NCBI RefSeq assembly: GCF_004010195.1
Contig: NC_057718.1
Span: 83,864,924 to 83,928,923, forward strand
Length of the DNA: 64,000 bases
Reading direction: 5' to 3'
From: Chiloscyllium plagiosum
Taxonomy: Eukaryota
Shown: one piece after another, positions 12,108-23,209 of the stretch
Position numbering within the stretch: position 1 is the stretch's first letter
How the letters are laid out: each line of letters starts with the position of its first letter
Notes under the pieces: generated by a model
What the model was told of the DNA's origin: nothing
The model's database searches: none
Seen by the model: the letters and a program-made list of their open reading frames with translations, nothing else
Position numbers and translations under genes: made by a program

Positions 12108-12257
12108 ATGTTTGTTTTGTCCAAACTTGAACTCTCCAAATCCACATCCATCCTTTTTGCAACCGCTTGTTTGAAAGACTTCATCCGAAATATCAGTTGC
12201 TGTAATGGAGCTGAAAAATTTAGATCCCAAATGAGAGAATCCATAACTGTAACTACA
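12108..12257 (+). CDS. Candidate coding exon of an unidentified gene (MFVLSKLELSK...RESITVTT)
   Basis: Pyrimidine-rich acceptor tctccttctttcagattctttcag (AG at 12101-12102), ATG at 12108, 50 open codons, donor ACA/gtatgt at 12258. Non-repetitive sequence, but no recognisable domain, and the opposite strand is also open. Confidence 0.2.
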
Positions 12258-12937
12258 GTATGTTTTTCCTTATTGATCTTGTTCCAATGGAGGTGTGGAG
12301 GAGTATGCTGTTGCTGGTTTCTCATTCCTCTGTGGGTTACTACATAAAATAAAAGTACTCTTTCCAGGAACCAAGATCACCAATTAAATATCTTGTCTAT
12401 GGAAGATTTTAAACGCAAGATATATCAACTTGGTTTCTAAATAAGAATGTTTGTTGGTTCATTGTCAAAACAAAACTCACAATAAACATGCAATAATTGG
12501 TCAATACTGAGAATCAGTAATTTAGAAGCTTAAATGCTTATACATTTTAAAAATCTCCAGAACACACAAATGCACACAAACAGGCACATGCGTATAAACA
12601 TGCGCTATCCTTTGCAGTGATTGGCTTTCTGAAAAAAAATCTTTTTGGCCCCCAGGTTATTCTTGAAGGCAAAGGGAAAATGTATAAGATGTTCTAGAGA
12701 CTGTTTGCTGTGATGTTCTGGTACATCGGATAAAATCATTAATCATGCACAATCGCCTCTGAAATCTTGCAGTCACTGAATTTTCCAGAATCAAGCTATC
12801 TTGATGTTCTTTCACTCTTCCAAAAGAACATGCAGTTTTCAATCTGATCTGATGTAATATGTTTTCAGTTCACAAATGGGAGAGATCAGCTGGACAAATT
12901 ATTCTTATCTGGTTTGCTTCCAACTCAGTTATTTGTT

Positions 12938-13148
12938 GAGAAAGTGAGGTCTGCAGATGCTGGAGATCAGAGCTGGAAATGTGTTGCTGGAAAAGCGCAG
13001 CAGGTCAGGCAGCATCCAGGGAACAGGAGAATCGACGTTTCGGGCATAAGCCTTCCTGAAGAAGGGCTTATGCCCGAAACGTCGATTCTCCTGTTCCCTG
13101 GATGCTGCCTGACCTGCTGCGCTTTTCCAGCAACACATTTCCAGCTCT
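12938..13148. mobile_element. PLE family A inverted pseudo-LTR pair (palindromic insertion) with 10-bp TSD
   Basis: 84-bp perfect arms at 12969-13052 and 13065-13148. TSD gttatttgtt at 12928-12937 and 13149-13158. Confidence 0.85.
13053..13086 (+). ncRNA. Minimal hammerhead ribozyme motif, core intact
   Basis: ttc CTGAAGA a gggc ttat gccc GAAA c GTC gat: CUGANGA, 4-bp stem II, GAAA and a GUC triplet; stem I is very short. Confidence 0.6.
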
Positions 13149-15141
13149 GTTATTTGTTAGCTTTCCTCCAGCATAACTAGATGAAAGAAGTACATCTCCA
13201 AGTTCATCACTGTTAACAAACAACCTCAGTCAGGCCTACGACAAATGAAATAGTAATCACTAATCGTTGGTTTCTCAGAAGTCTTGCTTTTTTTAAAAAA
13301 AAAAGTGCATTGTCCACAGTGAACTTGGAGAGTTTTAAAGAAACTAGTCTAAGTATGTCCACAAAATAAATTCCTTTTTATACAATCCATCAAAACCTAT
13401 GTATCCAAATAGTGTTAAATGTAAAATGTTTTTGCAACATCCTCTTTGAAGTTTATGCAACCTCTTGATACATGGGCTGTGTCATCCCTCTCCAACTGAG
13501 TTCCCCAAATCTGACTCAGTGGGATTGCGTTTCACTGATTTCACTGTTAGCTTTACAGTTGTAGCTGGAGAGTATCTACCAATGGCTTCTGTTCTGTCCT
13601 AGAACTGATATTTCGAGAGCACCTCTGCCCCATGGTCTTTGATCCCCTGCTCTTCCTCATTTCCATACAGCCCCTAGGTGACAGCATCTAAATATCTGGG
13701 TCAAATGCAACAGGTTTATTGAGTGATTATATCTGTTGCTACATCTCTACCAGTTTTGTTGACATGTTCGCTGTGTCTGTTATTAGACTGTTGATCAAGT
13801 CTAGGATCAGCCGCAGTTTTTCCCAATTAAAATATGAATGTTATAAACTTTGGTACTGATTTTTCCCTATTAGCAGTCTTAGGTTGGACAACAATATTCA
13901 AAATATTGTTTTCTCATTTTTCTGGAGCTTCCAATTATTTCTCTTCTGAATTGCAGAAGTTTTTAATCTCTAACATGGCTGCCCTCTGGCCCTGGCTCAA
14001 TGCATATGCTGCTGCAATGTGCATTAATGTTTTTGACTTGACAAAATCAATGGTTTCATTGATGTTCTGGCCACCCTCCCGTATTCATGCTCTGTAAACT
14101 TCTGCCCATTGAATATTTGCTTAATTCATATTCGTTCTTGTTCACTACTGCTCTTGTCCTTGCCCCATTGGGCAGTCCCTTGTAGTCAAGGATTACTTGT
14201 TTCAACACATAAATTGAGTTCTTGGGTGCTGAAAGAGTCCAGTGCATTACCTGAAACCTCTTTCACAGGTTGGATAGACAGTGGTTGAGCAACTAGGAGG
14301 GTGGCATATCTTGATGCTTGAGCAAGCTGTTGGCGATGAGTTGCGAGGTATACAAATCTTTCCCAGTAGCTTACCCTCCACTTAGGGTGGTCAGAAGCCA
14401 GGATTTCCTAGGTATTGTTGGGTACTTTTTCAAGGAGACTTTGAAATCCTCTATCCTCTTTTCCTCTTTGGATTTGCTTGCCATTGTTAAAGCTGACCAG
14501 CATTGATCTCAGCCCTCCAATGCTTCAAACATTAAAATTATTATTTTGCGTACTTAAATTCTTTCATGCTATGAGTTATTCAATATTATAAATAGAGGCA
14601 AATTATAAACAAATTAGAAGGAACAAAAATTTAGGGAGGCTGTGGGAAAGGGGATCTTTGGGGGAAAAAAAAAATCATTTGGTGAAATCAAATGGAATTT
14701 CCGAACCCTTCTTGCAGAAATTAAAATCAGGAAAAGTTATTGGAGAAGAACTGGAAAATAATATGCAGTAGCTCTGAAGAAATACAGTTTAAGTAGTTGT
14801 GGGAATTTGTGGCATTGTGAAACATTTTGGAGAGTCTTTGATTAATAATGGGTAGAAGGAAACCCGAGGTTTGAACTTTTGGTTTACATTTGTTACTTTC
14901 CAATCTATTCAATGAGGATTCTTTCAGAATTGAAGGAATTATGGAAGATCAAAGCCCAAATGTTATCTGTAACTATTTTGATAATCCTAGGATGCAGGCC
15001 GTGAAGTTGAGGTGATTTATAATTTTTAAATCTCCATTTTGTTTAAGTTGCTTTATGGATGGAAATCTACTTGTGGCTGGCCTCAGCTGGTCTGTTTTCC
15101 ATGATTGCCTATAAACGAGCTTGCTGTGAAAAAGGATCTTT

Positions 15142-16342
15142 GATGTAGGTTTGCTCGCTGAGTTGGAAGGTTCACTTTCAGACGCTTCGTCACCATACTA
15201 GGTAACATCTTCAATGAGCCTCCGGACGAAGCACTGCTGATGTTTCCTGTTTTTTATTTGTATGTTTGGGTTTCTTTGGGTTGGTTATGTCATTTCCTGT
15301 TCTTTTTCTCAGGTGATGGTGGTAAATGGGGTCCAAGTCAATGTCTTTGTTAATAGAGTTCTGGTTGGAATGCCGCGAAAGAGGAAGAAAACAACAACAA
15401 ACTGCCATTCCTAGATGTCACAGTAGAGCAAACAGCCAATGGGGAACTTCAATCCAGCGTGTACTGGAAAACAATGCATATGGACCAAATATTGAACTAC
15501 AGAAGCAATCGGCCCAATATCCACAAACGAAGCTGCATCAGAACATTATTTCAATGAGTCACCACGCACTACAGCACAGAGGAACTATGTAGAGCAGAGG
15601 AAAATCACCTATACAGTGTATTCAAAAAGAGTGGGTACACAATGAACACACTCTGCCGATTTCTCAACAACGAACCCAAACAAGCAGACAAAACACGTCC
15701 TGAAACTCTAGCCACTCTCCCCTACATCAAAGACATCTCGGAAATGACTGCCAGACTACTCAGACCCCTTGGCATCATGGTAGCCCACAAACCCACCAAC
15801 ACACTAAAATAGTAGCTAATGAACTTAAAAGACCCTATTCAGACAACAAGCAAAGCTAAGGTCATTTAGAAAATACCGTGCAAGGACTGTAACAAACACT
15901 ACATTGGACAAACAGGCAGAAAACTGGCCACAGGGTACATGAACATGAACTAGCCACAAAATGACATGACCCTCTCATTAGTATCCATACATACAGATAA
16001 GGAAGGACACCACTTTGACTGGGACAGCACATCCATCCTAGGACAAGCCAAACACAGACATGCATGAGAATTTCTAGAAGCGTGGCATTCCAACTGGAAC
16101 TTTGTCAACAGCCACATTGACTTGGGACCCATTTACCAGCCCCTGAGAAAAAGAACAGGAAATGATATCACCAATTCAAAGAAACCCAAACATGGAAAGC
16201 AGGCAACATCAGCAGTGCTTCGTCTGGAGGCTCACTGATGTTACCGAGTATGGTGACAAAATGTCTGAAAATGAACCTTCCAGCTCAGCGAGCAAACCTA
16301 CATCCAGAACCTCAACCTGAGCTACAAATCTTTTCAAAACTC
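15142..16342 (+). mobile_element. Penelope-like element (family C, Penelope/Poseidon-like) with 5' inverted pseudo-LTR
   Basis: Translation near 15860-16150 reads IPCKDCNKHYIGQTGRKLATGVHEHELA...HFDWDSTSILGQ...EFLEAWHS (GIY-YIG). 15142-15375 is the reverse complement of ~16075-16304. Confidence 0.85.
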
Positions 16343-17444
16343 GGATGGAATATTTTGGATCTTCATATTGAGATTTTTACAAGTTGTCTGTTGTATTAAT
16401 GGATTTATATTCTTGTTATTTTTCTTGGTAATCAAGTTTTATGTTGCTGTGTTAGAGGTTGTGAATACTTTCACTCACTGGCCATCATGTTAACAAAATC
16501 ACACATGTACAACTTGCAGTTTATCAAGCTGCTTTCTAAACCACTTCGTCCAGTATTACCATCAGTTGAATCAGAACATCTTTGACTTCATAGTAGGGCT
16601 GCAAAATTTTTTTAATGCAGTTATAAACCTACTGGTGGTGTTGAAGCATGGAAGGTGCCACTTGCTGTATCCTGCATGACGCAAGGCAATAGAAGGAATG
16701 TGCGCAAAAGGACTGTCTCTGTGCTTGCGAAGAGATTTGAAGCAACAAGAAGATCATGTAATGGGTGTTTATTAGCTAATGCAATGAATGCTAAAATTCA
16801 TGTACAGTTAGACAGTAAAGCCTCTGAGTCACACCTAAAACAAAATGTTTTAGGAAGCAAGATTGGTCCGGTTCTGGCACAATTTAAGAAGTTGGTCAGT
16901 AAATTGAAGCAGAAATGCTCTTGAGTGATTTGTGCTTGGGTAAAGTTAGTTGAAGCACTGGTTTGCTTGAAGAGTTGCAATGTGTTCTGCTGACCATACG
17001 CACCAAAATTACTTTGCCCTGATGTCAATGCAAGAGGATAGTTGGATGGATTTCTTTTTAATGCATGTCTTTCATAAGTCTTAAAGGTAAGCTTATTTGG
17101 TCAACTAGTTTTTAAAAAATGGCGTAATCATCAGCCCTGTGGAAAGCACATCCTGCACCATGTGGTAACTTACGCTCCTCGGCAACTACATTGATAGGGT
17201 ACTCATTCAACTGGACAACCTTCATCTCCAGGTTTCTGAACCTAAACTGGCAGATGGTGTCACAACAATTGATCTGCGAGTCTGCATGTTTATATGGATT
17301 GCACTTTTCTGGATGTGTCATTCTGCAGGTTCAAGGTGTGCAGGCAGGTAGCTAGGGAGAGGGTGACTGCCAGGCTGATGGTATGGGACCCCCCGGGGTG
17401 TGGTTACTAGAGGTGAGAGGAATAATTCTTTTGGGGATTTCATG

Positions 17445-17620
17445 AAATCATTCATGGAGGTGGGGATCACTGGCTGGCCAATATTTATTGCCAATTCCTA
17501 GTTGCCTTGAACGGTCGTACTGCTGTAGTCTGTGCTGTGGGTAGATCCACATTTTTAGGGAGGGAAGTTGAGGATTTTGACCCAGTGATAGTGAAGGAAC
17601 GACAATATATTTCTGAGTCT
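17445..17620 (-). mobile_element. Old CR1/L2-group LINE 3' end
   Basis: Similar to 43385-43660 (same orientation) and to the reverse complement of ~29270-29470; tail motif ggcaataaat..ggccagccagtga. Confidence 0.5.
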
Positions 17621-18084
17621 GTGTAACCTAAGTCTACAGTACCATGTCTTGGGTGGCTCACTAAGGGAGGGCGGGAGAAAGATTGGGAGGGGAGAGATGT
17701 GGTAAGGTTGAACAGCCAGCAGAAATTTGGTCATTATGCCCATAACAAAGGTCTGAAGAGAAATGAGTACTTAAGGGAACAGTTTGCTAGTGCTGCTGGT
17801 GAGGGTTGAAACTGATTTGATAGGGATATAGCGACTGTGAGTTAATATTAGAAAGGATTAGTTTGCGTGAAACATTTGGAGAACACGGAGTTAGCATCAG
17901 AGTAAAAAATAATGAAGTATTAAGTGGCTGGAGGGAATGCAGGCAGGCCTCATGCTCTGCAAGGGATAATCCATAAAGGGGTAGAAAATTACCAAGATTC
18001 AGAACCCTTTGAGTGAAAAGACTTTGACTCTTTTTAAAAAAAAAAGCACCCTGTTATCATAAGAATGCCTACCATGTTGAGCCT

Positions 18085-18207
18085 TTTTGAGATTTTGCTA
18101 ATCAATCCCTTCAGAGATGGCGTTACACATTTTTGGAACAGGTTGAACTTGAACTGGACCTCTTGGCTCTGAGGTAGTGGTGCTATCACTGCATCACAAA
18201 AGCCCCA
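18085..18207 (-). mobile_element. Short tRNA-derived SINE remnant
   Basis: Reverse complement gtgatgcagtgatagcacc...agttcaagttcaacctg...tgtaacgccatctctgaagggattgattag. A related copy lies at ~56135-56250(+). Confidence 0.45.
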
Positions 18208-18264
18208 AACCCTTTTTCATAATTTGGTTTTAATGGGATCACAGTTCATTTTTATAACCTCTAG

Positions 18265-18312
18265 GGAGTCTATCATCACAGGGATCAGTGATAAAAGTAA
18301 TAAGCCTCGAAT
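18265..18312 (+). CDS. Candidate 48-nt symmetric micro-exon (ESIITGISDKSNKPR or SLSSQGSVIKVISLE)
   Basis: Acceptor ttcatttttataacctctag, consensus donor gtaagt at 18313, length divisible by 3, two open frames, unique sequence. Confidence 0.35.
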
Positions 18313-18624
18313 GTAAGTCTTAACTACAGGTTTGTCCTTTTTTTTTAAAAATGAGAGCACAATTCATCAACTATTGTTTCACCAAAGTCATATATACCTG
18401 TAACAAGACTCCTTTATTTATTCACATCAGTCCTCTTGCAGTACATATCATGTTTATTTACCTTTTGTTTTACTTTTTGTCGAAGTATGCTAACTTGGTG
18501 TTCTTTGTCTGAGAGTATTGACGTCTCTCTCAACGTTTGGAAGTTACAGTTTGCAACCTCCGTGTCCTCCTTAAAACTTACTTTTCCACCTAACTTTGTA
18601 CAAAGTCAGAGTTTTTATAGGGTG

Positions 18625-19160
18625 TAAAAGACTCTGTTCCATTTGTCTGTGATGGTCATCAAGCATCTATCTAATCTAATCCCATTGTATGCTGTGGCAG
18701 TTTAAGTTTTATTAAATATCTCTTGAATGGTTCTTGCCTCTGTCGCCCTTTCAAGCAGAACGTTCTAGATACACAGCACCTTGTGAGTGAAAGCATATTT
18801 CCTCTAAATTGTCTGCTCCTTAACTTAAAACTGTGTCCCATGGTTCTTCATCCCTCTCCCAAGGGGAAAGGTTTCTCCCTATCTACCTAAGCATACTCCA
18901 TGTTACTTTGTACATCTCAATCGTATCCCCTTCAGTCTTTTCTGCTTTCGGGAAAACAGCTGAATGGCTTCAGCCCAGGTGACATTCTGGTGCATCTCCT
19001 TCTCTTCTCTCTAGTGCATCTTCCCGATAGTGTGGTGACCAGAACAGCATGCACTACTGCAGCTGTGGCCAAACTAACACTATCTTGCTCTAGTATTCGC
19101 TGCCTTGGCTAATAAAGGCAAATATAATGCATCATCTTCCGCTATGTCTGCTACCTAAAG
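18625..19160 (-). mobile_element. Old CR1 LINE 3' portion
   Basis: Reverse-complement CR1 motifs such as tgtggtgaccagaac, gtggccaaactaac and aataaaggcaaa, plus RTRGH-like coding. Confidence 0.6.
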
Positions 19161-19164
19161 TCAA

Positions 19165-19605
19165 ACGCCACCACCAGAGATATATATTCCCTCCCCGCCC
19201 ATTTCAGCATTCTGCAGAAGCCAATCCCTTTGCACCTCCCTTGTTAGGTCCATGCCCCCCATTAACCCACCCTCCACTCCTGCAAGTGATATAAAGCCTA
19301 TGCCCACACCTCCCCCCTCGCCTTCATTCAAGGCTCAAAGGATCCTTTCAAATCCAGCAGAGATTTTCCTGCACATCTGAACACCTCAACTACTGTATCC
19401 ATTGCTTTCCATGTGGTCTCCTCTACACTGGGGACACACCAATCAACCGCATCGCACCGCCCTGTGGCCAAACACTTCAACATCATCCCCCCATGCTGCC
19501 AAGGACATGCAAGTCCTGGGCCTCCACCTCTGCCAAATCCAAGCTACCTGACACCTGGAGGAAGACTGCCTCCTCTTCTGCCCTGGGATCGTCTAACTAC
19601 ATAGG
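19165..19605 (+). mobile_element. PLE family A-type GIY-YIG fragment
   Basis: Similar to 7518-8130 (caccaccagagatatatattccctccc..., gtggccaaacacttcaac). Confidence 0.7.
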
Positions 19606-19945
19606 ATCACCACTTTGATTGGGACAAAACAAGCATCCTCGGATAAGCAAAACAAAGACACACTCAAGAATTTCTGGAGGCTGACGCTCCTGGAGGTCTA
19701 ACCACATCGATTTAGACCCCGTCTATCTTCTCTTGAAAAAAAGAATGGGAAATGACATCACCTACCTTAAGAAACCAAGACGTATAAATAGAGAGGCAGG
19801 ACATACCACCAGTGCTTCGCTGGAGGCTCTCACTGATGTTGTTACCTAGTCCTGGTGACGAAACATCTGAAAACAAACCTTACAGTTCAGTGAGCTAATG
19901 TACATCCATATCATCAACCTGAGCCACAAATCCTCTCAAAAATTG
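19606..19945 (+). mobile_element. PLE family C 3' end / pseudo-LTR
   Basis: Similar to 16008-16342; degenerate hammerhead ctgatgttgttacc..ggtgacgaaacatc at ~19833-19867. Confidence 0.7.
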
Positions 19946-20594
19946 CTAACATGAAGTGTGTTTCCTCAACCACCATAGACTAATAAGACTCCTTAGTTTC
20001 TTGCACCTTAATAAGGATGGCAGCATAGTGAGCTAGCATGCTGCCCCAACATGTCACACTGTTGGTTTTCTGCAGTGCCTTTTGGTCTGTTTAGCCAATC
20101 AACCTTTGCCAGCTCTCCTCAAACATGTCAAAGTTAAATATTCTTGTTTGGGATTGGAATCACAGATGGCCTTTGACTTAGGAATGTCTGATCCACAAAT
20201 GAGATCACATACTATTAATATTAATTTTAAAGATGTAACAGGCAAACAGTTCCTCATTTGTGAACAGTTATTTCATATTCTCCTGTTTTGTGTTCTGACT
20301 TGGAAATGTACTCGAGGGTGAAACTTGTTCGCAACCTGGAGATTGCTGTATTTTTAAAATGTGAAATGGAATTCAGCTGCGTTATGGTAATTCTTTCTTC
20401 GCCAATCTCTCTCTCAGTATGGGATTACTTATTAAACTGATCTCTGTTCACAATGCTAATCTAAAATAGTGTTATCCCAAGTAAATTTTGTGATCTGTTA
20501 TTTCAAGAAGCAATCTCAGAGTATTCCACAAACTCATCTTCTAGCCTGGATTTGTCTCATTTACAAGAAGGTTACATTTCCCAATTTTTTTTTT

Positions 20595-20805
20595 GATTTG
20601 AAAATGCTGGTGTTGGATTGGTGTGGACAAAGTTGAAAATCACATAACAGCAGGGTATCGTCCAACAGGTTTATTTGTAAGTATATGGTTTTGGAGTGCT
20701 GCTCCTTCGTCAGGTAGTGAGATAGTCAGGCACTAACCACCTGACAAAGGAGCAGCGCTCCAAAAGCTTGTACTTCTAAATAACCTGATGTTGTGATTTT
20801 TACAT
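20595..20805. mobile_element. PLE family B inverted pseudo-LTR remnant
   Basis: Similar to 6245-6370; inverted ggagtgctgctccttcgtcagg / cctgacaaaggagcagcgctcc. Confidence 0.65.
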
Positions 20806-22378
20806 TTACTTTGTTATAAATCAAAATGATTTGTTAATAAACACTGTGTCCATTAGTACAGCTATTGATGTACAGCTGATAAACGACTTCTCCAGTGCTT
20901 CCCACCTCTCTCATTCCTAATTTCCACCAATGCTGATTCTTTTTTCTAATCTCTAAAATGAAATCATTTTCACTTTTTTCTGTACTTTGGGGACTATTTC
21001 TTTTCTTCCATTCTATTTCTTTTTGACATGCGTAACTTGGTATATTTATTTCCTAGCCTTGATCATTTTGTAACCATGTTATTGTAAAGGGGATTAGATG
21101 TTAACTGTTTCTCTACATTTATACCTGCTGCACCCACAAGTCACAAAGATAATTTTTAAAACTATACTTCTACATATTTTTAAAATAAACTTTTGCTGTA
21201 TTTAACATGTCTGCTGATGACTGCAGATTGGCTGCTTCTAGCAATGACTGGACAAAACCTAATCATCATCTCTCTCTGCAATTTTACACCAACTATTGCA
21301 TGAACATGACAATGAAACCCACACAAGGGGAGCAATAAACATTGCATATTTGGTCCTAAGAGCCCATGGTTGTCTCCTACAGCATGTAATTGCTTTTGAT
21401 CTGAGAAATGGAAATCACCTCGTGACTGTGAAATATCGAGGAACTCTGTCGCATGTTTGAAGGTTCTGTTTTTTGAACAGCTTGAATTATACGACTCTGA
21501 GCTCTTCACTGTTTTCTAATAGCAGCAAAATACTGTGCATGATGGAACAGGTCTGGTGGCATTGATAGAGACAAATACTGTTAATACTTTCAGTCCAGTG
21601 ACAACTTGTGAGGATGTGTTAGACTAAAAATGTTAACACTGTTTTGCCCTGCATCAATGCTGCCAGACTTAGTAAATGTCTCCAGCATTTCGTGTTTGTA
21701 CTTTTCTCAGTTTGCTTTTTATTATCAGAAAACAAGAAGTGCTCCAGACTCTATCATAACCTGTCTCTAACGTCAGCCTCTCTTGAAACCTGACTACTCC
21801 CAATTTTTAATTTTCTGTAATCTTTCTTCCTTGTATGTTTGTGTCTGTGTTGTAAAAATTATCCCCCACGTTTTGAATGCATGATTTAACATCCTGTCTT
21901 GGTATCCAAAAGAATTTATTACAGACCATTTAACAATTGGACTCAACAGAGGCCTTTGGGGGTGATCCACCACCACCTATTTCAAAAGGAAAATAAATGA
22001 GAAAAGTATAACATGTCAGCTAAAAACTTAGTTAAAATGTCTGCTGATGACCACAGATTGGCTGCTTCTCGATGTTCCCAACAGTTCCTGGACACAAGCT
22101 GACTCCTCCTCTCTCTCTGGAATTTTGCACCTCTTAGAGTACTGCTTGTACATATGCTCAGAAGTAAATTTTTAGCTGCATCCCAACCTCAAGCTATGCT
22201 TCTGTTAGGAATATGGACATTTTAGGGCGGGAGAACAAATACTGATTTATTACTGGCTTTCACTTCCTTCGGACCAGTATGACAACCCAATAACAGGTTA
22301 ATCTAAGTTAGGACAATAACACTAGTTGAAATTGTGTTCATTGTTGCGATCAGACTGTACATGAAGCAGCAATGTGCT

Positions 22379-22675
22379 TTAGATTACTTAGTGTGGAAAC
22401 AGGCCCTTCGGCCCAACAAGTCCACACCGACCCGCCGAAGCGCCCATACATTTACCCCTTTTAACGTAACACTACGGGCAATTTTAGCATGGCCAATTCA
22501 CCTAACCCGCACATCTTTGTGACTGTGGGAGGAAACCGGAGCACCCGGAGGAAACCCACGCAGACATGGGGAGAACGTGCAAACTCCACACAGTCAGTCG
22601 CCTGAGTCGGGAATTGAACCCGGGTCTTTGGTGTTGTGAGGCAGCAGTGCTAACCACTGTGCCACCGTGCCGCCC
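22379..22675 (-). mobile_element. Near full-length HE1 (V-SINE)
   Basis: Reverse complement starts gggcggcacggtggcacagtggttagcactgctgcctcac (A box), then gggttcaattcccg (B box), the V-domain and a CR1-like tail. Confidence 0.9.
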
Positions 22676-23147
22676 ATTAATGCTTGATGTGAGGCTGAAA
22701 AAAAGCATGCTTTACTTTTGTTCCTGAGACCTGAAGTTTTGGTGGTCTGTATGTCAAGGCACTGTTTCAAGATCAAATAGGGAAACTTCTGGAGGGCTTT
22801 TGAAATGCAGTGAAAATTATTGTTGGCATAATTTGTTTTTGGTCCTCTCCACTTGACTGAGGTGGGTTAAGTCAATCATGTAATGTGGAGGCAGGTTTGA
22901 GAACAAAATTTGGTACATGTGGCAGGCTTCCTTCCATGAAGGGCATGAATTAATTCTTCAGATGATAATGACTAGCAGCATTTACAGTTATTTTTCTTAG
23001 ACTGAGGTGCAATTGAATTTTTAAATTTTTTGCATCAAGTCTGGCTGATCTGGATTGAGGCCAAAAACCTTTGGGTTGCTTTTATTCCTGGCTTGGTGGT
23101 GGTATATGGATTATCCCTGACAGCTTAATAACAGCGCCTGTACTTAC

Positions 23148-23209
23148 CTGAAGTATTCTCTAAAGTAGGTTTCTTCATGTGCAGACTTAATTTCTCCAGC
23201 TAACTTGAG
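23148..23209 (-). CDS. Candidate 62-nt exon (LKLAGEIKSAHEETYFREYF)
   Basis: Minus strand acceptor cattatcattgcctcctcag and strong donor CAG/gtaagta; only one frame is open. Confidence 0.25.

Noticed and set aside
13604..13690. Exon-like segment with a good acceptor
   Set aside because: The peptide (DPLLFLISIQPLGDSI) resembles a decayed L2-type RT motif, so it is probably a LINE remnant.
13936..14085. Minus-strand ankyrin-like peptide NINETIDFVKSKTLMHIAAAY
   Set aside because: Bounded by stops, no usable splice sites, and only a loose motif resemblance.
22615..22675. tRNA-like sequence with A and B boxes
   Set aside because: It is the head of an HE1 SINE and continues into the SINE body; not a tRNA gene.
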